This document shows positions 8,901-17,700 of a stretch of DNA of 19,691 nucleotides, piece after piece. Every line of letters starts with the position of its first letter. The first letter of the stretch is position 1. This stretch comes from Candidatus Hermodarchaeota archaeon (GTDB taxonomy: Archaea; Asgardarchaeota; Hermodarchaeia; Hermodarchaeales; Hermodarchaeaceae), in NCBI GenBank assembly GCA_016839365.1, contig JAEOUH010000061.1, forward strand, positions 1-19,691. The letters run 5' to 3'. The notes beneath the pieces are model-generated. The model was not told where the DNA came from. It did no database searches and saw only the letters and a program-made list of their open reading frames with translations. The position numbers and the translations under genes are program-made.

Positions 8901-10968
8901 CTGGAACGACACCAACAGCGATGGCATCCTCGACTACGGAACGAGTGAGATTCGCCGCATTGACTCAGATCAAGTCAGCAGCCCACTCCTCCAATTACAC
9001 GTCGCGAATCCTGGTGCCCAATGGATGGGTAACAAGAACGCGACCATCTATTGGCGCGACCGTGGTATCGAAACCTTCAACTACCGACAACTCGAGGTCC
9101 ACGTTAACATTCGCCTCTACAACCGCGTAGACTGGGATTGGTTCAGCTTCACCCAAGGTTCTGATCCTCTAGAATGGACATCTACTATCACCGTTCCAGC
9201 CAATCAATCCCCTGGCTTCTATGTGGGTTGGATAACCCTCCAGGAAGGTTCTGCTAAAGAATACTTCCCCGTGTTAGTCCGTGTCGATGGCCGCGTCATC
9301 CCAGGTGAATCGCTAACTTGGGGTGGTTCAGATGGTCATCCATATGACAACGGCGCTATCACAGGTGGTGTTCGATGGGACGGCGATGGCAATTACATCA
9401 GTGGCGACTGGCGTCACTACTACGTTGATATCAGCGATCCCACCGATGATACAGGCTGGTACATGGTCAATGTGACTTGGATGGACCCAGATACCATTCT
9501 GGACGTCTTCATCAAGGCTGCTGACTATGCTAGCGACTATTGGGTCGGTTATTGGGGTGGTAATACTATGACCGACACCGATTACCTCCGCGATGAGGGG
9601 CTCGGCCGATGGGATTCGACGCCCACCTGGGATCGTCAAAATGTCCTCCTTGCCGACTACTCATTGGCGACATCGTGGTATCTCAACCGTGAGGCCCCGA
9701 TCCTCATCTCAATCCACGTTGCTGAACGCGGTAGTATGTATGCGGTCGAGAACTTCACCGTCACCGTGACACCTACGAACTTTACAACCACTCCATACTC
9801 TGCTGCTCTTGGTGCACTTGGTGTACCCATTGATCCGCTGCCCTTCCCGACTGGTAACCTCTCGTTACTAGCTACCGGCGAGGAAATCACCGATGACTGG
9901 TCTGGAACAGGTGAGCATCTCACCATCAACGGCACTTGGGAGCCATGGGTCTTCCCAGGTATCAATGTGCCTCACCGCCAGACAGATCTCCAAGTGCTAC
10001 TCGGCGCGACATACGACGTGTATGCTAGTTTCACTGAACTCAACTGTACACCTGATGCGCCACCGCCCAGAGACTTTGAATTCACCATTCCTGATATATC
10101 AACAGGCATGCTGATTGTCATTGACTTTGAGGCAGGTCCTCCCGTTGGGACTGGTGTCAGCACAGAACATGACTGTGACATCTTCCTGTACTACGGTGAA
10201 GCCCAAGTGGCGTCGAGTACGAACTCAGGTAGTGACGAATACATCGAATATACTGCAGCAGTTGCAGGGACCTATACTCTCGTGGTTGACTATTGGGGTA
10301 TTGATGAGGCGCCCTATTACATCTGGGGTGGCTGGGACTATCTTCCAATCCACTTCACTGCGAAGGCTTCCCAGATTCTCAGCAATCCCACACCAGGTCG
10401 AACAGCACTGTACGATACTCACACCCTTGGACTTAATCTGGCTGGATTTGATGTGACCCTCAAACTCGTCACCGGAACCAGCCTCGACTTCGGTTCTTGG
10501 CTCACCTACCAAGTCAGTAATCTGTCAGTCACCAACTTCTTTGTACCAACGCTCAGTCTAATCAACCCAATCGCAGGAGATGTACGCGGACCTGCTCCCT
10601 TCTGGTTCAACTGGACTGCAAGTGATCAGAACTCCGATGAAACCCTCTCCTTCCAAGTCCAGGTTAGCAACGATGATGGTCTCAACTGGACCGTCGTAGT
10701 ACCCGCTACCCAGGACCTGGCTGCGCTTTGGGACCCCTACGGCTTCTACGCAGTGAACGCAACCGATACAATGCGTTGGCGTGTCATCTGTACCGACGGT
10801 ATGTACACAGTCACAGCAACTTCTGGCACATTCGAAATGCAAGCACTACCACCAACACCACCTCCACAACCGTTGGAGTTGTACGTCGTCATTGCAGTGA
10901 TAATCATTGTGATTATCATCTTGCTTACAACGTGCTTCTTGAAACGGCGACAAGTAGCGAAACCATAA
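5950..10968 (+). CDS. Secreted, C-terminally membrane-anchored S8 (subtilisin-family, pyrolysin-like) serine protease, 1672 aa
   Basis: Sec-type signal peptide. Intact catalytic residues: Asp205 (VVDTGID, 6562), His437 (GAHGTSVAG, 7258), oxyanion Asn596 (SSGNAGPG, 7735), Ser691 (FSGTSMAAP, 8020). Also 'FSSNGPT..ALPKPDVVAPG' and 'QGSGRVNA'. PPC-like domain (DCDIFLY...STNSGSDEYIEY...GTYTLVV), then an Ig-like segment, Pro-rich linker, TM helix and KRR tail. Confidence 0.95.
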   Translation: MKMKHYVLLRTRSMTSLIFSALLIASMFVGITAVPMANLMQSVFTPTLPGSMEQYRPFFEGADQPNPGGTSKLANFEKNLHSYLQTGVIPEGVVKTPSGMSIMLGAGYEIDLPALSEHMKINHVMDMGIGYMILGAVNSPYHLRLIDAMDYTGLIMADEILNAPDMVNIDPGPGVDNFMVREIIQADMANTAGYDGAGSVIGVVDTGIDHTLADLATAYHTNSSGYPTAFDPGGMGIAITDWSGSAVSGYLLTGGYDFDMVWSYYPYGGLIRQSDSTYGVVADNFWVGVGMSAIPSLSGTYKVGVCLMSSDPGEPRTRQFVFFMLTDPNTAGVYDTMYIDWETSLAASADYNGWTTPPLPADWDFTNNIINGKYDFDSVTPEPFLMAYDSDGDSYNDFGLGLLATTYDLFGFITGEMVSGIDPAGGGFAYFYDDGAHGTSVAGAAAGRGIQPFDVYDNGTDYYLTGVAPAAELMGLKLFSFGSEFECWAWGAGWRPITTDLPEGTYEDWAHTIYMPGWDDSNQAHILTNSWGYILWEFGDNNQFYSVDWASFAMDYFSTGCLGYPYHNATGSYLSNPDFPDGAIADSPLFVFSSGNAGPGYSTAGSPVSASCLTVGASTTHAYAEQIYNPDLEFGPQGYDQMAFFSSNGPTPSALPKPDVVAPGLAGFEVTPLWRARTLGTEAFRTFSGTSMAAPIAAGVAALVVEAMDDGPFGPWPVVGDYPVSLPYGFDGGLIKTIIKSSTDDIGHAVLRQGSGRVNAYKAVAMAVGNETLTPAGTDYLLQLWCNNTFMNYAIGYQTNYAVVESWIHNSTLAIARTGNSPYNDPNTFSGAWFWIMMNGYDAGYTPNAAYMHPGSHGLWAPNVTMMDAGFMTYAMNPGDTQDVGFIAATGGLSSITGGVDAEWYELVGEESASFFSTSPATAYPLFGSYPGINNFDAAFAADFLAADYAVITLTYDTGTFKDLWDFTYEYYYGGDTNYCFLFDWNDTNSDGILDYGTSEIRRIDSDQVSSPLLQLHVANPGAQWMGNKNATIYWRDRGIETFNYRQLEVHVNIRLYNRVDWDWFSFTQGSDPLEWTSTITVPANQSPGFYVGWITLQEGSAKEYFPVLVRVDGRVIPGESLTWGGSDGHPYDNGAITGGVRWDGDGNYISGDWRHYYVDISDPTDDTGWYMVNVTWMDPDTILDVFIKAADYASDYWVGYWGGNTMTDTDYLRDEGLGRWDSTPTWDRQNVLLADYSLATSWYLNREAPILISIHVAERGSMYAVENFTVTVTPTNFTTTPYSAALGALGVPIDPLPFPTGNLSLLATGEEITDDWSGTGEHLTINGTWEPWVFPGINVPHRQTDLQVLLGATYDVYASFTELNCTPDAPPPRDFEFTIPDISTGMLIVIDFEAGPPVGTGVSTEHDCDIFLYYGEAQVASSTNSGSDEYIEYTAAVAGTYTLVVDYWGIDEAPYYIWGGWDYLPIHFTAKASQILSNPTPGRTALYDTHTLGLNLAGFDVTLKLVTGTSLDFGSWLTYQVSNLSVTNFFVPTLSLINPIAGDVRGPAPFWFNWTASDQNSDETLSFQVQVSNDDGLNWTVVVPATQDLAALWDPYGFYAVNATDTMRWRVICTDGMYTVTATSGTFEMQALPPTPPPQPLELYVVIAVIIIVIIILLTTCFLKRRQVAKP

Positions 10969-10970
10969 AC

Positions 10971-11006
10971 AAGGGGGTAACCCCCCCTTCCCCCTTTCTT
11001 TTTTTT
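10971..11006 (+). terminator. Hairpin plus oligo-T terminator after the protease gene
   Basis: AAGGGGG(10971-77)-TAACC-CCCCCTT(10983-89), followed by CCCCCTTTCTTTTTTTT, starting 3 nt after the TAA stop. Confidence 0.7.
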
Positions 11007-11121
11007 CTAATTTCAACTCGTTTTATATATCTTGAATCAAGGAGTTGTTAGCAAAATCTTGATTCAATTACGTAAAGGATAAGTATCTGAGAAAAACCCC
11101 ATTGAGGAGAGGTGGCCCTAG

Positions 11122-11688
11122 ATGACACGAAGAATTCAGCGAATTGGAGTATTCCTTGGGTCACATCTGATTTCAGGCATCTTGACGTTTTTTGCAATGT
11201 ATGGGGTAGCTAATGTTGGATTGGCCTTTCAAGTGATTCTTCTCGAAGTAAGTGCTCAGTATGCCTGGTTACTCGCAGCATTGTTGCTGTACTCATGGGT
11301 TCTCACCCTGCTAATCCTTCCTATACAAGCAGGGATGCAAATTTGGAGCTTGGCTCGGCTTCAACCCACACCGTTTCTGATTGTTTACTATTTCCGATAT
11401 GATGCCACTATAAATCTCCCCCATCGATTTCTTGACCCCGTCCAAAGCCGTATCGGACTCATCGCCGTTATTTTAGTAATTATTGGTGGGCTTGTCGCGC
11501 TACCGGTCTATTCTTTCTATGGGACATTTGTGCTGATTGCCCGATTTGGCTTTACCCTCTTCACCTTCGATTTCATCATCTTGTTTATCCAAGGTTTAGC
11601 TGTCGGCACCTCTGCACTCTTCGTTACCTATTTTATCCTTGCTTCATTTGGAATACTCGTTCTCCAATGGCGACGCCGGGGTCGCTAG
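11122..11688 (+). CDS. Hypothetical integral membrane protein (about 4-5 TM helices)
   Basis: Strongly hydrophobic segments with basic termini (MTRRIQR / WRRRGR). GAGGAGAGGTGG SD-like sequence upstream of the ATG. Confidence 0.8.
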   Translation: MTRRIQRIGVFLGSHLISGILTFFAMYGVANVGLAFQVILLEVSAQYAWLLAALLLYSWVLTLLILPIQAGMQIWSLARLQPTPFLIVYYFRYDATINLPHRFLDPVQSRIGLIAVILVIIGGLVALPVYSFYGTFVLIARFGFTLFTFDFIILFIQGLAVGTSALFVTYFILASFGILVLQWRRRGR

Positions 11689-11705
11689 CCCTTCCTATTA
11701 GGGCT
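11670..11705. terminator. Tandem hairpins at the convergent junction; possible bidirectional terminator
   Basis: GCGAC-GCCGGG-GTCGC (11670-85) and AGCCCT-TCCTATT-AGGGCT (11687-11705) span both convergent stop codons. No U-tract. Confidence 0.3.
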
Positions 11706-12991
11706 CAGGTGAGGGATTCACTAAGTAATCCACCCAGCTTCCGAATACCCTGGTCGATAATATCAGGTGGGGAATAGGAATAACTGATTCGCATTGTGTT
11801 CAGTGACCGCTCCACGGGTGTCAGTTCACCTCGTTCAGGAATATAGCTAAGTCCCATTAAAGGATAGAACGCGACACCTGGTACATAGATGATATCATTG
11901 GGAAGTGCGACCTGTTCGAGGAATTGTTTAGCATCGAAATCTTTGTCCTCACTCTCCCACCAGATAAAGAAGCCTCCCGTTGGATCGGTTCGGTTCCCAG
12001 CCGGAAATGTCTCATCGATGGCTTTGCGCATGATATCAGCCCGTTCTTTGTATGTTTCTAAGGCTTTAGGTAACACCTTATCGATGTGGTCTCGATAATA
12101 GATATCAAGCATTCGTTGCACGATAGTGGGGCTGCAAAGGTCGAGGAATCCTTTGTCTTTGTTAATCTGTTCATGGACTTTTGGTGGAAAGACACTATAT
12201 CCAATTCGCAATACGGCGGCTTCTTTACTGCTAGTTCGAAGATAGGCGACGTATTTGTTTTCGGTGTCCATGGCTTTGATAGGTTTTTCTCGTGGTTTGC
12301 GAAACTGGATTTCCCGATAGGCGCCATCCTCCACGATGATGATATGATGTTCCATTGCCAAGTTAAACAAAGCTTCTCGTCGCTTTTGAGGGACCGTCGT
12401 ACCTTTAGGATTGTCAGAGTCGGGAACGACATAGATCATTTCTGGTTTTTTACCCAGCTCCTTCTTACAGAGCTTAATAGCTTCCTCAAAGTAGTCAGGG
12501 ATGGCACCTTGTAAATCAGTTGGGACAGTGATAATTTGAGCCCCAAGTTTCACGGCAGGTACAAGAAATCCCAGATATGCGGGGCTGGTTGTTAGGATGA
12601 TGTCACCGCGGTCGATGCAGGTGTCAATCATGGCATAAAGGGCTTGTTGGGATCCAGTTGTAATCATAACATCATCTTCTGGAGGATCCGATGGTAGGGT
12701 TACATTGTCCTTCTCTATGAGGCGGTTGGCCAATGTTTTTCGTAAAAACGGTTTTCCGCTTGTTGGTCCGTAGTTAAAATCGTCAATGACGCGTTCTTCA
12801 TTTCCTGCTTGAATCTCTCTAAGCTGTTCTTTCCCCAAATCAATTAAAATCTGAGCTAAAGTTTCGATGGGTAATGCTCCCGGTTTTCCGCCTCCGAAAT
12901 AATAGGGCACATTGTATTTGAGAAGGCGTCGAATTTCTGATTCAGGGATAAATGACGTCCAGGCTGCTAGGTCATAAGGCTCCTTACTCAT
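11705..12991 (-). CDS. PLP-dependent aminotransferase class I/II (Aro8/LysN-like aromatic or 2-aminoadipate aminotransferase)
   Basis: 'SEIRRLL', 'FGGGKP', 'YGPTSG..LR', 'ITTGSQQAL', 'PAYLG', 'DNPKG', 'EDGAY', PLP-lysine region 'TSSKEAAVLRIGY', 'PTGGFFIW', 'YVPG', 'MRISYS'. Confidence 0.92.
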   Translation of the reverse strand: MSKEPYDLAAWTSFIPESEIRRLLKYNVPYYFGGGKPGALPIETLAQILIDLGKEQLREIQAGNEERVIDDFNYGPTSGKPFLRKTLANRLIEKDNVTLPSDPPEDDVMITTGSQQALYAMIDTCIDRGDIILTTSPAYLGFLVPAVKLGAQIITVPTDLQGAIPDYFEEAIKLCKKELGKKPEMIYVVPDSDNPKGTTVPQKRREALFNLAMEHHIIIVEDGAYREIQFRKPREKPIKAMDTENKYVAYLRTSSKEAAVLRIGYSVFPPKVHEQINKDKGFLDLCSPTIVQRMLDIYYRDHIDKVLPKALETYKERADIMRKAIDETFPAGNRTDPTGGFFIWWESEDKDFDAKQFLEQVALPNDIIYVPGVAFYPLMGLSYIPERGELTPVERSLNTMRISYSYSPPDIIDQGIRKLGGLLSESLT

Positions 12992-13079
12992 AACGAATTC
13001 ACTCTCATAATAGAATGCACTTTAGTCTATGATACATCTTAATAGAGCTTTGTACTGGGCAGTGGTTCAAAAAGATAGG

Positions 13080-13604
13080 TTATTGTTCAAGCTTCTCGAT
13101 GATTTGCTCAGTAATCATGCTAAAGGCGTCTTCTACTTTCTCCCCACTTAAGGCACTTGTTTCAACGAAAGAACAGCCATACCTATCCACCCATTCTTGG
13201 ATGTCATCTGGTTTGACGGATCGTTTCTTCTTTAAGTCCGCTTTATTCCCAATTAATAGAACTTCAACATCACCAGCGTGTTCACGGATTTCACGCATCC
13301 ATGTTTCAATTGCCTCCAGGGTTTCAGGACGCGTAAGGTCGAATACCAACATTGCCCCGTCTGTTTGTTTATAAAAACTTGAACGATATGGGGCAAATCG
13401 TTCTTGACTGGCGATATCCCAAATAATTAAGCGTGCCACCTTCTCTTCTAGTTCTATGATTTTATAAGCAAAGTCTACTCCAATGGAAGCTTTATACTCA
13501 CGTTCGAACCGGTTTTCCACATACTTCAAGATAAGGCTCGTTTTCCCTACAGCTGGATCGCCAACTAAAAGTATCTTAAACTCATAGTAGGGCTGTTTTG
13601 CCAT
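13080..13604 (-). CDS. Rab-like Ras-superfamily small GTPase without a prenylation tail
   Basis: G1 GDPAVGKTS; RabF1-like IGVDF; 'RLIIWDIASQERF'; 'SFYK..DGAMLVFDLT'; G4 NKAD; G5 SAL. Ends ...IIEKLEQ with no Cys. Upstream on the minus strand are AGGTG (13612-16) and TTTAATAA (13644-51). Confidence 0.95.
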   Translation of the reverse strand: MAKQPYYEFKILLVGDPAVGKTSLILKYVENRFEREYKASIGVDFAYKIIELEEKVARLIIWDIASQERFAPYRSSFYKQTDGAMLVFDLTRPETLEAIETWMREIREHAGDVEVLLIGNKADLKKKRSVKPDDIQEWVDRYGCSFVETSALSGEKVEDAFSMITEQIIEKLEQ

Positions 13605-13723
13605 ATTTTTACACCTGGTAAATAATGTACCGTGTACTCTTTCTTATTAAACTAGTAGTAACAAGCCATCTTTCAGAAAGGGTATTCAAGGATTACTCTA
13701 AATGGAAGATCAACTAGGTTCCT

Positions 13724-14710
13724 CTAGGCAATCACTTCATCAGGTTCCTCTTGTTCACTCCAACTTTTGGTTCGGAAGAAATCATAGAAGCTGGCTTCCA
13801 CCACGCTTAGTTCTGTTGGGAGTTGATTCCGTTCACGAAGTGCTTTCAGTAGATTTGGCAATTGTGCGTGTGGTTCATCTACAAAGACTTTCAGGCTACC
13901 CCGACCGGATCGAATGGTGGTTTCAACAAAGGGGATATCACTGACTTGCTGGATTGTTTCCTCGGTGAGGCGGTCGAAAGTCACTTCGATAGCTTCACCT
14001 TTCCCTGTCAGAGATCGAATCAGTTCATCCGGATGTCCTTGCAAAGATATAGTTCCCTTCTCAAGCAATACTACTCGGCTGCAGTATTCCACCACCTCGA
14101 GGTCATGAGAAATCAACACCATTGATGTGCCAAAATGGTAGTTTAACTGCTTTAGATAATTAAGCAGTTCATGACGCAGATGGGCATCAAGTCCCGTTGT
14201 TGGTTCATCGAGAAGAAGAAGAGGAGGTTGATGAATCAGTCCCACACAAATGGAAACACGTTTACGCTCACCACCACTCAGGAACTTAACGGGCTTGTGC
14301 ATCAAGTCTTCATCAAAGCCTAAGATATCAAGGATTTCACTGGCACGGCGCTGGATTTCCCTACCCGTGATGGCGTACATTCGTCCAAAGAAATGAGCGT
14401 TTTCGAGTGCTGAAAATGGAAAGTAGAGGCTTTCATCTTCGTGCTGCGGCACATACCCAGTTGCATAATGGATGGCTGCAGCATCCCTTTTCACATCGTA
14501 ACCGGCGATCCGTGCAACCCCTCTGTGGGGTTTGAGTTGGGCAGTCATAACACGCAAACAGGTCGTCTTCCCCGACCCAGATGCACCGATAACACCCAGG
14601 ATTTCTCTTTCACGGGTATAGAAGGTGATATCACGGAGAATATTCACTCGTCCAATTCGGACGGAAGCCTGGTCAAACTCGATGATTTTCGGGGGTTTTT
14701 CTGCGGTCAT
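13724..14710 (-). CDS. ABC-2/DrrA/GldA-type ABC transporter ATP-binding protein with a C-terminal accessory domain
   Basis: Walker A GASGSGKT, Q-loop GYVPQ, signature LSGGERKR, Walker B LLLLDEPTTGLD, H-loop ISHD, ~100-aa C-terminal extension ending 'SFYDFF'. Confidence 0.93.
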   Translation of the reverse strand: MTAEKPPKIIEFDQASVRIGRVNILRDITFYTREREILGVIGASGSGKTTCLRVMTAQLKPHRGVARIAGYDVKRDAAAIHYATGYVPQHEDESLYFPFSALENAHFFGRMYAITGREIQRRASEILDILGFDEDLMHKPVKFLSGGERKRVSICVGLIHQPPLLLLDEPTTGLDAHLRHELLNYLKQLNYHFGTSMVLISHDLEVVEYCSRVVLLEKGTISLQGHPDELIRSLTGKGEAIEVTFDRLTEETIQQVSDIPFVETTIRSGRGSLKVFVDEPHAQLPNLLKALRERNQLPTELSVVEASFYDFFRTKSWSEQEEPDEVIA

Positions 14711-14715
14711 TTCTG

Positions 14716-17700
14716 TTATACCCCCGTTTCCTTGGCCAACTCCCGTAAGCGTTTTAACATATTTTCCAAACGGTTCGCTGGCTCACCTGATGTAATGCGT
14801 AGTTTCTCAATACGGTCTGTCCGTCGATCTGTGAGTGTCCATTCCATTTCCCGAATAAGTGCTTGTGTGGTATTCAACGTATTATCGATATTCCGGATGA
14901 TTTGCTCATCAAGGGTTGGTGTGCGCATCTGCCGCTTCCTCCGATACTGGTTCATGAAATAGGTTCCAATTATTAGGATGGTAATCACGGTGACCAAGAA
15001 AATTTGGATGGTCATGATCATGAGGAAATCAGGTTCTTGAGGCGGAGGAGGTTCTTCTAGCGGAGGAAGATAGTAAAAGTGCATGAACGCTGAAGTGCTG
15101 CAGTATGCGCCTGGCGTGGTAAATATGATAATGGAAAATGTTTGTATGGTATCGACCGTTTCGTCTAGCCCAGTCCAATTCGCAAAAAGAAAAGACCCAT
15201 AGCGCCCCTCTTTGACTTCAAAGGCGATGAAAAAGCTCTGTGTTCGATTCGGATATACGAAGATGACAAACATGTCCAAGCCTTCGACGCCTAAGCCCGT
15301 GGCATTGGTGGCATCAATGATAAACCCTGCGTCGTTGCCGATGTAAAAGGATGAATTGACTCCCCCAGTAATCTGAATGGACAAGGTTACGGTCTTGCGA
15401 AATAGGTATTGAACCGTTTGATTAACAAATCTTAGATTGTCCAAGTCAAGTAAATAGGCATTGCCAAAAATTGCTGAACAACCCAATACGAACAATTCTT
15501 TGTTGGTGTCATTCAGATATGTGCCAAAAGCAGATCCGTTCACCCAAGCAAAGACTTGAGAAATCCCAGTTGTCGTCAATAAGGTTCCATCAATGGTGGA
15601 GATTGCTAGTATTCCTGTGGTAAAGGGAGTGGAGGGGTGTAATTCTGTCGTATTATATGAGGTGATAGTTCCGCCGACTTGGATGCCCTGATCTAAAAGC
15701 AATTGGTTCAAGACTGTATGGTTAGACGAATCGGGGTGGTCAACGAGAATTATTGTCTTGCACCCTGATTCGATGAATTCAGAAATAGCGTTTGTCTCAT
15801 TTGCTGTGAAACCTTTTTCTGGATCACAGATTATGAGTCCATCAAAGAGTTGGAGGATAGATGAGTTAATTTCAGTAATGAGGGGGATGTCGACTAGATT
15901 TAACTGAGACGCCGCGAACACTTCGCGTAAGCGTGAATATCCGGTCAGGAGGGAATCACCAAGTTCTGCAAAGAGGGTCAGAAGCTCATCAAGATCTAGA
16001 TTGGAGAAATCAAGATCTTCGAGGTTGGCAAAATCAATTCCTTGGTTATGGACGGAGTCAAAGAGGATTACAGCCTGTGGGTATGTCACATTTATGACGA
16101 AGGGAAGCGCTAGCTCCCATCCATCGGCCGCACGTAAAACCAGGTTCCCATAATATGACCCAGACTCAAGGAAGGTGGGGATGAAAATCGTCATCTGGAA
16201 TTGAGTGCCTATAGAAACATCATAAATTAGCTCAGGAGAAATTGTGGGCGGGTTTTCCCACTGAGTGATATTTCGGTCGATGGGTGAATCGATTGAGCTA
16301 TTGATAAATGGTTCAATTGTCACTGCCAAAGATTGGATATTTGTGGTTGTGTGTAGTGTAAGGTTATACAAGGCATAATCGTTGGGAAACTGAAGGGTCA
16401 TCGGGCCATAAGGCAACTGTGTGGGAACCAACATTCGCATCATCGGTGGAGAACTGATGAACACATCACGGTAGACCAGATTGTCTAGCGGATACCGGTC
16501 CTGAGGGATTGAGAGGGTAATCAGGTCAAAATCGATGCTGGGTGAGACTACCCATCCGGCAAAATAAATTTCTGTAACTTCAGGATTCCATTCAACCGAG
16601 AGTCGTTGATACCGGAAAGGTTCGAAAATCCCTAATTGGAAGTATCGTGCAAACACAGCGCCACCAAGAGGTTGAGATCGGTTGGTGAAGAACGCTGCAA
16701 TCGAATCAACACCTACATCTCCGATATTCAGAATGATTACTGACGTCAGATAGGTCGAATTGGTAACTCCAGTTCTAGCCATGTCCACTTGAATCATGCA
16801 AAGGTCTGTTAGAGGAACAGCAACAGTTGCTAATTCGGTTTGATTGATACCGTGGGCTAACGCAGTGTAGTTGCGACCAAATCCCAGCGTCATAGACACG
16901 TTCAATGAAGATGCCCCAGCGGAAAGGTTCCCTAAGCGCCATTGTGACCCAAATCCGATGCCTTCGTCATCTGCATAACTTGTTGCACCGGTCAGCGTTT
17001 CATTTTGTAACTGATCACTGACTTCATTGTAAGGTCCCACTTGAAAATCGGTAAACGGTATTGAAGCATTGACCCCAATGAACTGCTCCACTCGAGTAGT
17101 TTCGTTGACGGGTAACACATCACCGTGGACATGGAAAAGCTGAGATGTACTGTTAAAATAGCCTTGCTGGATGGATGTATCATTTGCACCGCTGAACAAA
17201 TTAAAATTCCACAGGCTATACACACGAACATCAGTTACCGTCTCTAAACCAATATTTACAAAGAAAAACGATATCCGAAAGGCATTGGCTGATGGACCCG
17301 TGGCTACCTGCCAAGATTCAACTCGTTGAATGATAAGCAATTCCTCAAACGCCAAAATACCTGTCGCGCGTACATATTCACCGTAGGGCAACCCAGTCCA
17401 ATGCAATTCCTGCTCCACGTTTAGAAATGAAAACGGAATAGGACTGCTATTTCCAACCGCTAGATAAAACATGCCAAAGAGCAGGTGGAACAGTGTCATA
17501 TTCGTCACCGAACTTGTAACAAGGGCACCTATGGCTGTAGAATACCCACTCATTAGCAGCGTAACATTCTCAAAGCTGGATTCACTAACCAATATTCCAT
17601 AATAGGGGAAACCGAGACCAACACTCCGAGTACGAAAACCTGTCGGAAACGGGTCATGAAGATTGTTGAGTTCCTGGTATGCTGCCATTGCATTGAGAAG

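Noticed and set aside
5950-10968. Higher GC/NNC codon usage of the active protease as evidence of horizontal transfer
   Set aside because: No flanking mobility genes or direct repeats, and its anchor style matches the other S8 protein; expression-linked codon bias explains it equally well.
14441-14962. 173-aa plus-strand ORF and the many other 60-140-aa ORFs in the track (e.g. 12086-12514, 10728-11051, 9328-9639, 5293-5493)
   Set aside because: They are antisense or out-of-frame shadows of well-supported genes and have no motifs.
15985-16040. Short acidic repeat DFANLEDLDFSNLDLD in the GIFT-like domain
   Set aside because: Only two degenerate copies in a low-complexity loop; too weak to call a repeat element.
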